DNA of 53,938 bases, filler included, from Bipalium vagum (GCA_037834085.1; 3 parts of 3 records of this genome joined end to end with filler, not necessarily neighbours in it); one strand, 5' to 3'; counted from the first letter of the whole stretch, positions 24,125-38,455 are shown. Notes: generated by a model from the letters alone, not told the origin. Program-made: numbers and translations.

Positions 24125-25342
24125 TTAGGTTATGCGGAAAGTCACTTCACTTTTTATATGCCTATCTTAATCCAAATTTAAAGCACTTCAGTCATTTTAA
24201 AGGTATAACATTTAAGTCTATTATGTCTGTTATACTATTAAAAGTATTTTATATTGATTTATTTGTTTTACCTTATTAAACTATTTATTTAGGCAGTATG
24301 TTTGAAATGAATATTCCAAAAACTCATTTTAGAATTATTTTGTTATATTATTACTGGAAGGGAAAAAATGCAGCATAAGTCAAGCGAAAATTATGTACCG
24401 TATATGACGAAGATTGTATTAGTATATGTCAATGTCAAATTTGGTTTTCCAGGTGACGTTTTGGATAAATCGAGCTTGAAGTCAAATCAAGTAACGGAAG
24501 ACCGCCGAAGGAAGACGATGAGGAAATGAAGATATTGGTAAAAAAATCAGAGTTTTACAACCCTGGACATTGGAAAGACATTAAATATTGCAAATTCAAC
24601 AGTCTAAAGTCATTTGAAATCACTTAGATGTCTCTTTTATGTATCTTTTTGTTCTCCATTGTTTAACAGAAAAAATTCTGAATCATTGTTTTGAGATGTG
24701 CGATTTACTACTGAAATCTGAAGTCAACGATCCATATCTTAGAAAAATAGTGACGGGCGATGAGAAGTAGATTATCTACCGCAATTTCAGACGGAAGCGA
24801 TCATGGCGCAAGTGGTAAATAAACATAGGCTATACCAAAATAAAGTTATATTTTGTGGTTGGTGGGATTAACATGGATTTTTTTTGAACTGCTATCCAAA
24901 ATCAACGATAAATTCAGAAATTTACTGTGACTAACTGGACAAATCAAATAAGAATTTAAATCATGGAGGCCAGTATGTCATTATGACAACACCTCATAGA
25001 AGTTTTATGACTGCAGAAATTCATCGAATTTAGTTGGGATATCCTTCCACATCCATCATATTTACACGATCTGGCCACATCAGATTTTTATTGATTTCAT
25101 TTCTGGATAATTCTTTGGATGGGAGAATATTCGATTCTGATGAGGATCTCCACACGTTCGCAGTTTTTAGTAAATAAAGACAATAATTTCTACGCGGATA
25201 GGATATTTAAGTAGTCTGGTAGATGGCAGAAGATCTTTGAACAAAAAGGACAATACATCATTCATTAACATATTTCTTAATAATAAAACTTTTGGTCTTA
25301 CTTTTTACTAACAAATGCGAAGTGACTTTCCGAACAATCTAA
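24125..25342 (+). mobile_element. Defective mariner (mellifera-like) with TIRs and TA TSD
   Basis: TA|ttaggttatgcggaaagtcacttc ... gaagtgactttccgaacaatctaa|TA; HFRIILLYYYWKGKNA, IVTGDEK*I, PHPSYLHDLATSDF. Confidence 0.92.
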
Positions 25343-25669
25343 TATAATTCACTAAATAAATGATGTTCCATATGCAAAAAACCTGTGCATTAAAATATTT
25401 AACTATAGAAAAAGATATTTAATGATTATAAATAAATCAATCAGCATTAATAAAATAAGAGGCACTTGATATAAAAATAAAATTAAATTGAGACAACCAT
25501 GAAATAGAAATATTATTATTATTATTATTTTAAACTGTTTATTTAATATTAATGAATCGATAGAAAGAATTTAATAATATATTGTTTATATGATTATGAA
25601 TAATAGAAAAATGTGAAAAATCAATAATATTTAAAATAAAAATCTATCTCAATGTACAAAATACATTAC

Positions 25670-25768
25670 TGTTTTTATTAACACTGAACTGCTGTCATTG
25701 TTTGTTAGGAAATCGAGAGCTGGCTTGACATAATATTTGTCAATAACATCCATTGAAATTCCATTGAG
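25670..25768 (-). CDS. Isolated candidate exon LNGISMDVIDKYYVKPALDFLTNNDSSSVLIKT
   Basis: cttctccacag| acceptor, |gtaatg donor, 99 nt, phase 0-0, open, GC-elevated island in very AT-rich DNA. Parent gene uncertain. Confidence 0.4.
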
Positions 25769-26964
25769 CTGTGGAGAAGCCGGATGACAATAGGATTATT
25801 TATTTTGATTTTTGTTTGTAATGAGATCAAAAAATCATTTATTTATGATATCATTTCAATAGGTAAAAATATCAATTGAGATAGTTAATGAATTTAATTG
25901 TGCAAAATCAATTTATTATGGATAAGAAATATATTTTCATTAAAACAATGTCAAATAAATCGTACGGAATTTTAATTATTATTCCATTTTGAATGTTTTA
26001 ATGAGTCGTGAAAAAGAATCTTTATTCAATTTGATTTTCAACCAAGTTGGATTGACAAAAAACGTTAAAGAATATTCTGAAATTAAGTTTCCTATGTTTA
26101 ATAAATATATATTTATTTTATTTTGATAAGATTAAAAGAAAATTCAATTTTGTCGAGGTTGATTACAGAGTTGTTCTTTTATTAACTTTTTTCAGAAGAC
26201 AAATGAATAAAGTGAATTTAAACACAAGATTAATTATTTTCATTTAATATATAGTGGTTTTGGGATTAACGAAATTGTAATCTTAGGTAATTTAAACAAA
26301 AGAGATATTTGGAATTCAACTTCAATTTACTTTTGATTTTATAAAAGTATGTAACAAAATCAACTTTAATTTAAAAAAATATATTTATCAAGGTTAATTT
26401 TCTTGAAAGATTTTCACAAAGTTTATTTATTAATTTTAATAAATGTTATTTTTAAGTTAAAGCATAATAATTTATTTTGAAAAAAAAAATTAGATTAATT
26501 AGTGTAAATCTTTTTCTGAAAGATATCTTAACTTTATATTTTTCTGTTTGAAAAAAATTCACTAATATTTATATATTTGAAATATCACATAAATTTCCCT
26601 TTAAATTTACAAACATGTGTGATTTTATATTCATTATCAAATTTATTAATTATTAACATTATTTTAAATTAATTTGTTAATCTAAAATAAAAAAATTTTA
26701 ATAAAAAACATGTTTTCGAAACATTTTGCACATGTACGGTTTATTAATATAAATTATACGAAAATAATAATGCACAATTTTATTTGCCTTTTACCGATCT
26801 TTGTTGATTCTCAAAATAGTTAAACAAATAAGTTATTTATTAAAAAAAACCATTGTTATTTGAAATTTCATGTGGTTCGAGAAATAACTATTGTCATTAG
26901 TAAAGGAAGACATGTGCAAAACATATTGGATTTCAAAAATAAAAATACAACCATCATAGACATT

Positions 26965-27540
26965 ATTTCTCAAAATATTTTCCTTTTCAGACCATAAATA
27001 TTTTCCAGTAAAATATGAAATCCAGGAAAACTTTCTGAAGAGAATTTTGAGACTAGTCCTTCAAAAATTCTTTCACTTCATGTCGAAGATGTTCTTTCTT
27101 CATATACCGCTTGTTCCATAAGTTCAGAAGGAGCCTGATCTTGACAGTATGGAGGGTTTTTTAACTGTCCCAGGCCAAAATCTTCCATATCTTTCATATG
27201 GGAGCGGTACTAGTGTGCATTGATTCATTGTTATGCCACGAGATTTAAGTATATATTTCAACTATCTATTCTCACTACTTTTCTAATGAAGTTTATCAGA
27301 ATTATGCTTTTAAATAAAAGGATAAGGCGCCTTTGTATAGAAAGAGTCTTGTAAGTCTGTCCGTTAATGACCATGCTCTGCTTCCATTTGAAGTAATCAC
27401 TGATGCTACTATCTGACATGATGAACCACAATCCAGCTAAGAATGAGAATTTTGATAGCCATACAGTTCACACTTCTACCGGAGTAGTTGAAGAATCCTT
27501 GGCATAAAACACTTTTTTTTGAAAATTTTCCATTATGATT
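26965..27540 (-). mobile_element. mariner C-terminal remnant
   Basis: LKNPPYCQDQAPSE (HPPYSPDLAPSD-like); VINGQTY. Confidence 0.6.
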
Positions 27541-27559
27541 CTGTACAATATAGATTCCA

Positions 27560-28010
27560 ACACCCATGAAGATATAAGGGAAGCCATTTTTTAGTTTTGT
27601 GAGGTGCTATCTGTAGTGTTTACCTAATGCTTTGAGAATTTCTTCTTTTGTAAAAAAGAGCAATTTTACGATTGTGGTACATTACGCAATACCTCTTCAA
27701 TGTATTGAATATAGTTGTGAGGTCTTTAGGAGGCTATTATTAGTGGTATTATTGTAGCTTTTTACCAAACCACCGGCTATTGTTCCAGTGAACTTAGAAT
27801 GAGCTCCACTGCTGTTTCATCTATCAGACAAATTGTCAATCAAGTAAAAGGTCTTTAGGACCTTATCTGCAACAAAGGGACTGTAACCTGCATTGTGCAA
27901 AGCATTTAGGTGATGTATTTTGCATAGGTGAGATTTAGAAGTTAAAATTTTGTTTGTAGCTATATTGTACAAATGAATGAAGGTTAAGAAACAGTGATGA
28001 TTGGTAAATT
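27560..28010 (-). mobile_element. Possible Penelope-like remnant
   Basis: ALHNAGYSPFVADKVLK resembles the PLE LxxNGYP thumb motif. Confidence 0.35.
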
Positions 28011-28084
28011 GGATTCATCTAAAATGTTGGCCACAGAATAACAATTCAAAGTATGGTATAGAACGTGTCTTATGTAACAAATTA

Positions 28085-29336
28085 CAGTGGTATACAAAGG
28101 TTTAAGACACCTTATGAAATTCTAATTATGTTATAAGTTTTATTTAATTTTGTACATATAATCAATTTACAGAGCAATGGAAATTTATTTACAAAAATAA
28201 AAATCAAATAAATATTGTTAATACTCCACTGGCAGTAATAACGCTTTCAGACCATCTGGCATTGGATTCACATACAGAGCTTGCAGTTTTTTGTACGGAA
28301 TACGGACTTTATTACGTCATCTAGTTGCTGACGATTGGCTGCCTTTCTTTGAGCAACTAATTCATTCATTTTTTCAATGTTACCTAATGGATTTAAGTCT
28401 GGTAATGTCAAGGCCACTCCAAAATTATGATTTCTTAAGCAATTTTTGCATACTTTTAAAACATGACATGATGCGGAATCGTGCATGAAAATATTACAGT
28501 TCGGATTACTTAAAGATTTTTCAAACATTTTAAAAAGTATGTCAGTGTACACTTTGGTGTCCATTCTTGTTTTTTATTTAAAATCTCTACTTCACCCGGA
28601 CCATTGGAACTAATGCAACCCCATATCATTATGGAGTCTACATGCTTCACTGTCGATTGTGTGTACTATTCGTTGTACCTTTCACCAGTTGGTCTGCGAA
28701 CAAATTGAGAATATTTTCAAAACAGCTTTGTAGCATTCACACACCAGAGCACTTTTTTCCAATCTTCTGAGGTCCAATGTCGACAGGTCTTCGCAAATTG
28801 CAATCATTTCCTTCCACTTGCTTTTGTAGAGTTGAAAGCTTTCAAATCCATGGCTTTCAGACGTCTACTAATCGTACTCCTTTGGAGATTTATACCAGCA
28901 TATAATAAATTTTTTCGAACATCTTCTGTCGTACACCATGAATTGAAATCATAGGATGTCGTCTACTTCGGCCGATCACTTCTTACTGTCTTATGATAAC
29001 TGCCTGTTTCATTATACTTGCGTAAAGTATTCTGCACTGCAAACATTTAATATTTAGGAAATGTTTGCAGGCTATACCCTAATCAGGCTAAGCATACAAC
29101 TTGTGATCTGATTGTCGAAATAAACGAAGGATATTTCCCCATAAGTTTCTAAGAGTTTTTAGTTTAAAAAATATAAAACTGAAATTTCAGAAATGTTAAG
29201 TTAGGTTTGATTAATAAATAAATCAATTACTTTACTTAAACAACTCTTAGAATTTGAGCCTGATCCAAAATGATAATTACTTAATTTATAATGAGTATAA
29301 TTAATTTAAGTTTCCTTAAACTTTTGAAGACCACAG
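28085..29336 (-). mobile_element. Defective Tc1 with TIRs and TA TSD
   Basis: TA|cagtggtatacaaaggtttaag ... cttaaacttttgaagaccacag|TA; TVKHVDSIMIWGCISS, FMHDSASCH, PDLNPLGN. Confidence 0.92.
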
Positions 29337-31339
29337 TACATAAATTTTGGTAGCTAGCAAAATACATGTTTACGAATGAATTATGCATACGTTATTAAAA
29401 CAAAGAAGTTAGTTAAACAAATGGTTGATAAAAAATATTTAAAAATTTTAATTCATGATAAGAATTAACAAAAATAGAAAGTCTTAGAATATTTTAAATT
29501 AAATAATAAAATGAAACATTTATATTATTTTTATTTATTTCATTAATATCAAAATTTCAAAATAAATTTTCAGCTAAAACAAACTTTTTATAAATTTATT
29601 ATATAAACGATTCATTTGTATAATTAATATATTAATAATATTTTTGTAAATAATTTAATCACATTTTGACATCTAAAGAATATTTTAACTTAGTTTATTA
29701 AAAATGGTTTCAGAAATTTAAATAGCAAAATATTTAATTAAAATTTTAATTATATTAATATTAAAATTTTTAAACTTTGATAAATAAAGTACAAAAGATT
29801 TTGATTTAATTATTGAAAAGAAAAGATTTTTCACTTTACACTCGTAATGTAGACCCACTTTTACGGTTAATAGAACAAAATTAGATAAACTACTAATAAA
29901 AATAATTAAATGGTAAAATAAATATTACATATAATAATTTTATTTTATATGTTCTAACTTTATTTTAAAAAATTAAACTTTAAAATATATTTATTTAATT
30001 TGATACGTCAATTTTATTATATATTTATTTAATTTAAAAAATGTGATTTTTCAACTAAGAAAAATATCAACCATTTTAATTAATTTTCAAACAAAATAAA
30101 GATTTCACGAAGCCATTTAAAAAATCTATATCAATTGAATTAAGTCCTGGTCATCAACAATCTAATGTTGTCATTTTAACAAAAAATATCTTTTAGTTAA
30201 TTTAAAATATATATATTTGCAAATATTTAGGAGATAAAATTAATTTTAATTTATTCAATATTTTATTATAAAGATTCCTCAAGAAAAATAAGTTATTTAT
30301 CTTCATTATTTTTATTATATTCAGTTTTACGAAGTTTATTTATCTTTCATTTTTTTTATAAGATTACATTATACATAAAGTTTAGCTGTTGGATTATCGT
30401 GCTTTTGCTAAAATCATTTACTTTTTGAGGTTAAATATTCAAAATTATGTTTTTTTCATTTTATATTTTTAAAAATTATTTTTATTTATATTTATACTAA
30501 CGTCTAATCGTTTATATCTGTTTATATCACTTTTACGAATAATTAATTCTTTGTTTAAATTTATATCACTATATTTCTATTATCTCTTGATTTGGATAAA
30601 AAAGTCTAGAATAATATTTTTTCTTATAAAAATTTTTTAAAAATAATCTACATTTTTGAAAATTTCTTTTAGAAAATATTTTTAATTAAATAAGAGCAAA
30701 CTTAAAATAAATGGTCAAATTCATAATTGGTTTATTTTTTAATTTTATAATTAATTAATGTGATCCAGTATAATATAAGATCGATTGTTTCAAAAACACA
30801 ACGCTTCTTTATAAATTCTAAAATATCCAACAGAACATTAAATATATTTATTTTTATATGATATATTTACAAACCCAATCCGATAAAAAGTATACTTTAA
30901 TATTAGATTCTATATGCTTTTTGATTACTCCAAGAAGCTGATTGCTTATGTGTTCGAACTCAATTGTCATTGTATTTTTTATGAAATTTGGAAGTTATTT
31001 TAATCGAGTAAGAATTAATATTCTGACAATTTCTCCCCATTTCAGTTCCAAAATTATTTATTATTCACAAATTATAGAGAAAACCAAATTTTATTTGGTA
31101 TATTAAAAATAATATGAACCAATTCAATAAAAGAAACACAAAAACCTAAGAAAAATAAGGAATAATTCACTTTTAGTTACCTATAGATAGAATATGTACC
31201 ACAAATCAAAACTTGATTAAACAAAAATTTTCGAAAATTTTTTGACTAAACTATCAGTTGTTAAATGAGAGAAGAAATAAAATAATGAAAATGGAAAATT
31301 AATTTTTGGAGTATTGATAATAAAAAAGAAAGTATACAT

Positions 31340-32612
31340 TAGGGTGGTGCATTTAAAACGTTCGAAAGTAAAACATCAAAACTCTGGAAAAAACAAATTT
31401 TTTTTATTTATAAAACATGGTCATTAAAATATGGAGATTTATGCAGTATTTAGCTATTTGAATATAATATTGGTAAGATGGCCTTCATTGAGATTTATGC
31501 AAGTTATGCATCTTGCCAAAAAGCTATTCATTACCCCTGTGAGCATTTATTTTTGAATTTTGCGGATTGCATCTCTGATAGCATCTTTTAAGTCTGTGAT
31601 GTTTTGAGGGCTGTTTTGATAGACCATGATTTTGCAATAGCCCCACAAAAAGAAATCAGGAGCTGTCAAGTCTGGCGATCTGGAGAGCCATCTAAATTTG
31701 GCATTCCGCGAGAGGATGCGATCAGAGAAAATCGTCATCAAGTATTCCATGACAATTTTCTTGATGTGTGGTGTTGCTCCATCTTGTTGAAAACATATCG
31801 AACGAATAGATATACTACGCTGCGAATATATAAAACTGCTGTAATTTCTCCAAATAACTCTGCAGAGTGACATTTGCACTTTTGCCTTGCATTTCAAAGA
31901 AATAAATACCAATAACACATTTGGACGATACTGCACACCATACAGTTACTCGACCTGTGTGTTATTTTTTTCGTGGATTATGCTTTGGGTTTTGATCTGC
32001 CCAAAAATAAAAATTTTGCTTTCCGTTAAGATCAAAATGTGCCTCACTAAACACGAACAAACGGTTTAACAAGGTCCCATTCTCTTACACAATACTGATC
32101 ATCTTTTCGCAGAACTGGAGACGCAAACTGTAGTCAGTTTGCTCTAATTTACTCACTATTTGCATTTTGTATCGAAATAAATGCAAATCATCATTTAAAA
32201 TGCGTTAAACACTTCTGCTGATATTGAGTTGACAAGACAGTCTGCGTGTTGATAATTTCGGATTGGTTTCAATTGCCGCGGCTACTGCAGTGATGTTCGT
32301 ATAGGACAATTTCTATTTATTGGCATAACATAAATATTACCCTCAAGTTCGAAATGATTAATGACACGTCAAATGGTTGTTGTACTCGGTATTTCCATTT
32401 ATATTCCCGTTTGAGTGCTCGCTAGACCAAAATTGGAGAATGGAATTCATAAAACAATTTAATTATTTTAATGTTGATTTCTGGATCCATAATTATAATG
32501 ATTTAAATTTCCACACTGTAATTATAACAAAATGAAACATTAAAACAAATATGCCTGCATTGGAATGAAGTTATCAATTAGTACTTTCGAACGTTTTAAA
32601 TGCGCCACCATA
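31340..32612 (-). mobile_element. Defective DD41D (rosa-type) element with TIRs
   Basis: ggtggtgcatttaaaacgttcgaaagta at one end and its near-exact reverse complement at the other; QQDGATPH...RSPDLTAPDFFLWG with 41 residues between the last two catalytic D. Confidence 0.92.
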
Positions 32613-33279
32613 TACATTAGTACATTGTTAACGATAAAGAATGAAACCAAAATAAAATAATGTTAAAATATTTTAATTTATTGAATATAAAATTTCTTAA
32701 CATATAATAATAATTATATGTTAAAAATAAAAAAAAAGAGAATTGATTAGAGCAAGTTTTTAAAAACTAAACAAATTATAATGACATATTCCATATCATC
32801 ATCAAATCATATTGTACAAAATTAACTCATTTTCATTAAAATAAAATAATAAAATTAATTAATAATAAAAATAACAGTTTTCAATCTACACATTCATAAT
32901 AATATTATAAAATAAGATATCAATACTGAAAAATTAATTGTTGATTTTCTTTTAAAATATTTCGTAACTTGAATTGAAGCTTCTTTGTCATAGACGAAAA
33001 GATAAAATCTCAAGAAAAATAATAATAGTTATTTAGATGATTATAAGAAAGTTTTACTTTTGTTTTCCTTAATTGTATATATAAATAATATTATAAAGTT
33101 AAAAGGAAAATATATAAAATCTGTATTAAGGACAAATATAAAATCAATAAAAATGCTCACAGTATAATGTAAAATTAAAATAATAATATTATTATTTTTA
33201 ATATTATGTAGTTGCATTAATTCTTGCTGTTTTTAATAATAAAAATTTAAATAAAAATTCCATATACATTTACATGATA

Positions 33280-33640
33280 TTTCATTCAAAAACGACTCAA
33301 TCATGCTAACAACATTGTCCAAGCTTTCTGGAAAAAGAATTCCACAAAAATGTTTTTCTTCGACTTTATTTACTATTAGTCAAGATACCTTTTCAAATCT
33401 TCACTTCACAAATCAAAAGGTTTGTCTGAACTATATGTTGATAATCCTGTATATCAAAGCCACCCAATTTGAACTACCAAAATCAATCTCGATAGCATGT
33501 TTCAGATTTTGCATGATTGTCATAAGCTGCTGAAAGCATTCTATGACTTTTTGCAGCATTTCTTTTGAATGAAAACAAAAAAGCAACGTCTCCAGCATAT
33601 GTGTTTTTTGGAATAAAATTTTCATACGAAATATATCGAT
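33280..33640 (-). mobile_element. Internally deleted Mos1/mauritiana-like mariner
   Basis: LLFCFHSK/RNAAKSHRMLSAAY...GGFDIQD joined to a C-terminal FLWN...LGQCC*HD segment. Confidence 0.75.
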
Positions 33641-33759
33641 TTTCGCTTGCTTACAGAGAGTTCTTCAAACATTCAAACTTACAGTTATGATCTTATAGAT
33701 TGATGAGGATCTGACACAATGCAAAACATCAACAAGTAATATTATAAAATTTCAAAGGA

Positions 33760-34100
33760 TATGAAATTCATTGGGAAATGCTTGATAGCAATCAAACCGT
33801 CAATGTTGAATTATACTGTCAATAATTGGATCGAGTGGCAGATGGAATTGACAAAAAAAACAATCAGAATTGAATAATACTGTGTCGGGATGATAACATA
33901 CGACCGCACATTGCCAACATATTTCGTGAAAACTTCAACATTTAGAGCCGAAATTCTTACACACCCACCATATTTTCTTGATCTGGTAAAACCCTCTTGA
34001 ATTTCAAATTTTCGCAAATGATGGCGATTTGAAAGTTGCTTAGAGACTTTATAACGAGGCATAAATGAAATGTGCGCCATGTGAAGTATGTGGTCAAACT
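33760..34100 (+). mobile_element. mariner catalytic-domain fragment
   Basis: DDNIRPHIAN...EILTHPPYFLDL. Confidence 0.65.
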
Positions 34101-35348
34101 AAATGGTGATATATGATAATAATTGATATATGAATTTCTTCTGTGGTGCTTCATTGCATTCGGTTCATTTGTGATTGTATTTTGTTATCAATAAAAATTT
34201 TTCAATTTTTTGGATTCAAATTAAAAAATTAAATTAATATTTATATTCCAAGAATTTTAGCATACGCTTGTTTCTGTTTGAAAAAAAAACACAACTTAAA
34301 CTAAATAGAGATTTTTCATCTGTTAAATTTCAAAAGTTACTAATTATCGCTGTGTTAATTAAAACAAATTACTAAAATAAAATATGCAAATTTGCAATTT
34401 CAGATTTATGACTGGGAAACTTCGCTTCAACTTAATCTTTGTATTTTTTTACAAAATATTATTAATAAAAATTTTTTATAAAAATAATTAAATAAAGTGG
34501 TTTATATTTAACAATTATTGTGATATCATATTTTTCAACCAAAAAAATCAATACACTTTAATGGAAGTTCCTGTTTAAATTTGACTTTCTAAATTATGTT
34601 ATCCTTATTATTTCAGAAAGTAAACATTGGTAAATTATATTTGATATACATTTAATACATTTAATACTTTCAGACCCAATCCGAATTCATTAGAATATAC
34701 CTTATGCAATTTAACAAAAGATATTCATAATAAACTATTTTTTTAAAAACACATTTCCATTCAACAACAAATGAAAACATACACCATATAGCTTACTCTT
34801 ATTAAATCAATTATTAATAAAAAATATAAATAAATAAAATGTTTATTATTTAATTGGTATTATCATTTGCACTAGGAATGAAAATAGATTTCGGTGTCTT
34901 AATTTTTTTAATTTCCAGTCCTATCACCCTTGATACACAAAAGAATGGGTGTTATAATTATTTACCTCTAAAGGTTTATTAATTACATAAACATGCATTA
35001 ACCTTGGTAGGAAGGCAAATAAAATTTTAAATAGAAAAAATATTTTTTAATAATAAAATTAATTAATTTAAATAAGTTTGTTAGCATCATTAACGTGAAT
35101 AGTAGTAACCCATTAACGTTTTTGGGTTTACCACTTAATTACAGGAGTTTAGTGTGACATTTACATTGATTTAAAGTTTACTGAAAATAATATACAAAAG
35201 AGTTCCCTAAAATACACGTACTTCTTTGATATAATTATTTAATAGTACTAATAATATTATTAATAATAATATAAATAATAAAATGATAGGCAAATAATAA
35301 CAATAATAAAATTAATATGATTTAGCCGACAAATATTATTTTATATAC

Positions 35349-35528
35349 CTTTTTCTTGTATAATTTTATATTCAGGATCACCGATAATTTCGAAATTCTT
35401 AAACCAATATACCTTTGCAGTAGAAGAAGCACTATGGACACATTTCAATTGAGCTTGACTGTTTTTCCGTTTTAGCATTAACTTTGAATTGTTTTCCAAT
35501 ACAACTGAAGGAAATAACGTACCATGCT
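35349..35528 (-). CDS. Ig-domain exon of the secreted/cell-surface Ig-superfamily gene
   Basis: (E)HGTLFPSVVLENNSKLMLKRKNSQAQLKCVHSASSTAKVYWFKNFEIIGDPEYKIIQEK G|gtatat; I-set Ig pattern LxC...VxWxKN. Acceptor at 35529 (AAG) or 35527 (GAG). Confidence 0.75.
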
Positions 35529-35697
35529 CTTAATAAAAATAATAGTTTTCTTTTTGTAGAATAGGTCTGTAAACATTGATGGAAATTTGGATATATAATA
35601 AAATATAAATTATAAAAATGATCATTCATTAAATATTTATCATATTTTTGATAAGTCGATTTTTTAATTTCCTGGAAATTCTTTAACTTTTGCTTTC

Positions 35698-35700
35698 ATT

Positions 35701-35773
<73 letters not shown>
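35698..35773. repeat. (ATT)n microsatellite in Ig-gene intron, adjacent to gap
   Basis: Seen directly. Confidence 0.95.
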
Positions 35774-35873
35774 NNNNNNNNNNNNNNNNNNNNNNNNNNN
35801 NNNNNNNNNNNNNNNNNTTAATTAATTAANNNNNNNNNNNNNNNNNNNNNNNNNNNNNNNNNNNNNNNNNNNN
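35774..35873. other. Artificial scaffold linker N44-TTAATTAATTAA-N44
   Basis: Identical in structure to 15932-16031. Confidence 0.95.
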
Positions 35874-36427
35874 TAAACCGTTCTTGGGATCAGTGGATCG
35901 ACATTTTCATTTCGGATGAAGGATTTGGTCACCATTGATCGGTAAAAGTGAATGTTTTGGACCTCAATATTATTGGAGGTCAAAGCATCGAACCGATTCT
36001 GTAATTTGCAGAAATAGAAGCCTTGGAGGTATCCAGAAACCTTGTTGGCAACAAATCCAGTTTGGTTACTGTATATTACCTCAAAGGAGTTCTGTGCTAA
36101 TTTCACTTTCTGTCGAGGTTGGGTTAAGGAAACACATTTCTCTTTGTCATTCAGCTGGTTCTTCCTACAGAGCTCTGCCTTTTGTAAAATAAAATGACCT
36201 TGGACTCTGTCGACCTGACAAAAGAACTTGAAACCTTTATCAATGACCACCTTCACCAACACCTGTTGACTTAAATAGGCATCGACGACAATGTCATGCT
36301 CGTCCATGATATAATCATACTTTCTCGTGGAGACTTGGTTGCTTGGAGTAAACTTGAGGTAACAATTTACAACGGGAACCGAGAAGATTCCTGTGGAAAT
36401 CAAAAGAAGATTTAAGAATTGTTTCAT
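35874..36427 (-). CDS. Ig-superfamily secreted/membrane protein, first coding exon (signal peptide plus divergent Ig-like domain)
   Basis: Longest ORF in the window; MKQFLNLLLISTGIFSVPVVNC signal-peptide-like start; FxC (FKFFCQ) and GxYxC (QGFYFCKLQN) Ig motifs. The 3' end runs into the assembly gap, so the ORF-track stop is artificial. Confidence 0.75.
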
Positions 36428-38416
36428 AATCCGATGAATGAATGTCAAATGTCAAAGATTCTTTTATAAAAAAAAAGTGACGTAAGAATGGAAATAACGG
36501 AAAACAAAGGAAAGATATTTCCTCAAAAATCAAGGGCAGAGAACAACGGAAAGGTCGATACAATCTCCTTCTAAAATTTTTGACTAATTGGCGCAGCGAT
36601 TTAAAAAATAAATCAATTTATCCTACAGAGAAATTAGAATTTCTTTCTCCGTCATTCCTTTGTTACCCTTTGATCATAATTACCGGTTGAACTCTCTCAC
36701 TCAAGAGGTCACTTTGATTTCACGAGTTATCTTTATTTATTTTATGGTCCTTAGAATGGCACCCTTGGTAGGCTGTGGAATGAATTGTTGATCCTGAGCT
36801 CTATCGAACATAGCGGGATAGTATTTCTATTTTTCTCGAAAATCTTTTTTCTTTAACAGGTCAAAAATATTTTGATATTTTGTGTCACAAAGATTCAAAA
36901 ATATTAAGAGTTAATAAAAGAATTTTCAAAAAATCGAACTTGAAATATTCAATATTTTTAAAATCAATAAAAATCCTTATTCAACACTCCAGAAAACGCC
37001 TGGCCGAATTTTGATTGAAATGACGCATTTTGTGTTTGTTTTAATTACTCATTTTAATTAACTGTACGAAAGGTCATTTAATACTTAATTTAATATTTCA
37101 ATTTTTTGTGTCAAGTGGTTGATTCCAATATTTAGTGATTTAACGTGTTTCTGCGTGATTGTAAATTATTGAAATAAAGGCTTATTGTGATTATTTTGAT
37201 TCACTGGTAAAAGAACATGTTAATAATTAAACGTGAAGAGTCAGTACAATGTGAGCTGAAGGTTAGTCATATAATGGTAACACAAGATACTTTTTGGATT
37301 TTTCGGTTTCGAAATATTTCCCATTTAGAAAGTCACAGTATCAGCTACGCGACCAAAGACCTTCGACCACTGAACTAATTAAAATAAGTCTGGATGATAT
37401 ATCTAAATAAATAAAGGTAATATTTTGGAATTTTCTTATCGATTTATTGCAGAACTGACAGAAATGATGGAGGAACAATTTCTACAAAAGTAATATAGAT
37501 TATGCTAACCTTGTTTTATTTAATAGATCTCGAAATTTAGTTTCAAATCAATAATAATAATTATATACATTTATTATTATTATTTATTATTAAACCTACG
37601 CGATAAGTCATGACATTTGGAATTTAAATATATTTTGTGATTTTTTTCAGAATTTTTTGTGTTTCATTAGTTTTTGTAAATGTCAATCTTGTGCGGTAGA
37701 CAAAGTTTCATTCCACCCAAAAATAAAGTCTTAACAGTAATAATTTATAAATATCAAAAGTTTCACGAAAGACATTCACAGAAGACATTCACAGAAGACT
37801 TTAGAACAGAAATCGATTAAAACCCTTCCCTTGATAGCAATAGAACAGAACGGGAAAATTGTTTATTATTATTTCAAATAATATAAACTTTGTAATATTA
37901 AATTTGGGCGCGATCGGGTGCTTACTTTCAAAGATATCGTAAATTTGGTCCACATTCCTCCTTCAATTTCCCTCTCATTGTCCTTCACTCATTCTTTCCT
38001 TCCAAATTATCACGAATCAAAAAATCAATTTTTGTGATCCTGAAACCAAGTATCAGTCAGAGAGAACAATAAACATAAACAATAATTCCTACACATTCTT
38101 TCAGCCATGAAACTGGAAACCGGTTGCCATAACCACATAATCGATCAGTGAGAAAATACATGATTTTGTTTACCTAACAGCACGAGAACTCATTAAAAGA
38201 AAATCACGTGATTTTTTGATAATGGCGTAATAATAGCAACGGGAGAAAATGTTGGCACAGCCAACGTAAACAGCGAAAACGAGTAACACAGTTCAAAAAT
38301 TCAAAGTTTGTCCGCTCAGTTCAGACAACAGAAACGCCATCAGTAAAAAAAACAAAAGAAAAAATGATAACGTCGTTCCCAGGCTAATGGAAAATGACGA
38401 TTGTCCATTTCTCTAC

Positions 38417-38455
38417 CTCTCTCTCTCTCTTTCTCTCTCTATCTCGGTCTCTCTC
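38417..38455. repeat. (CT)n/(GA)n tract in the divergent promoter region
   Basis: ctctctctctctctttctctctctatctcggtctctctc seen directly. Confidence 0.8.

Noticed and set aside
34919-34973. + strand exon-like segment ttccag|...aag|gtttat (SPITLDTQKNGCYNYLPLK)
   Set aside because: No partner exons or homology recognised.
37320-37380. A-box-like tRNA/SINE signal on - strand
   Set aside because: No cloverleaf or convincing B box. No tRNA, rRNA or snRNA was recognised anywhere in the window.
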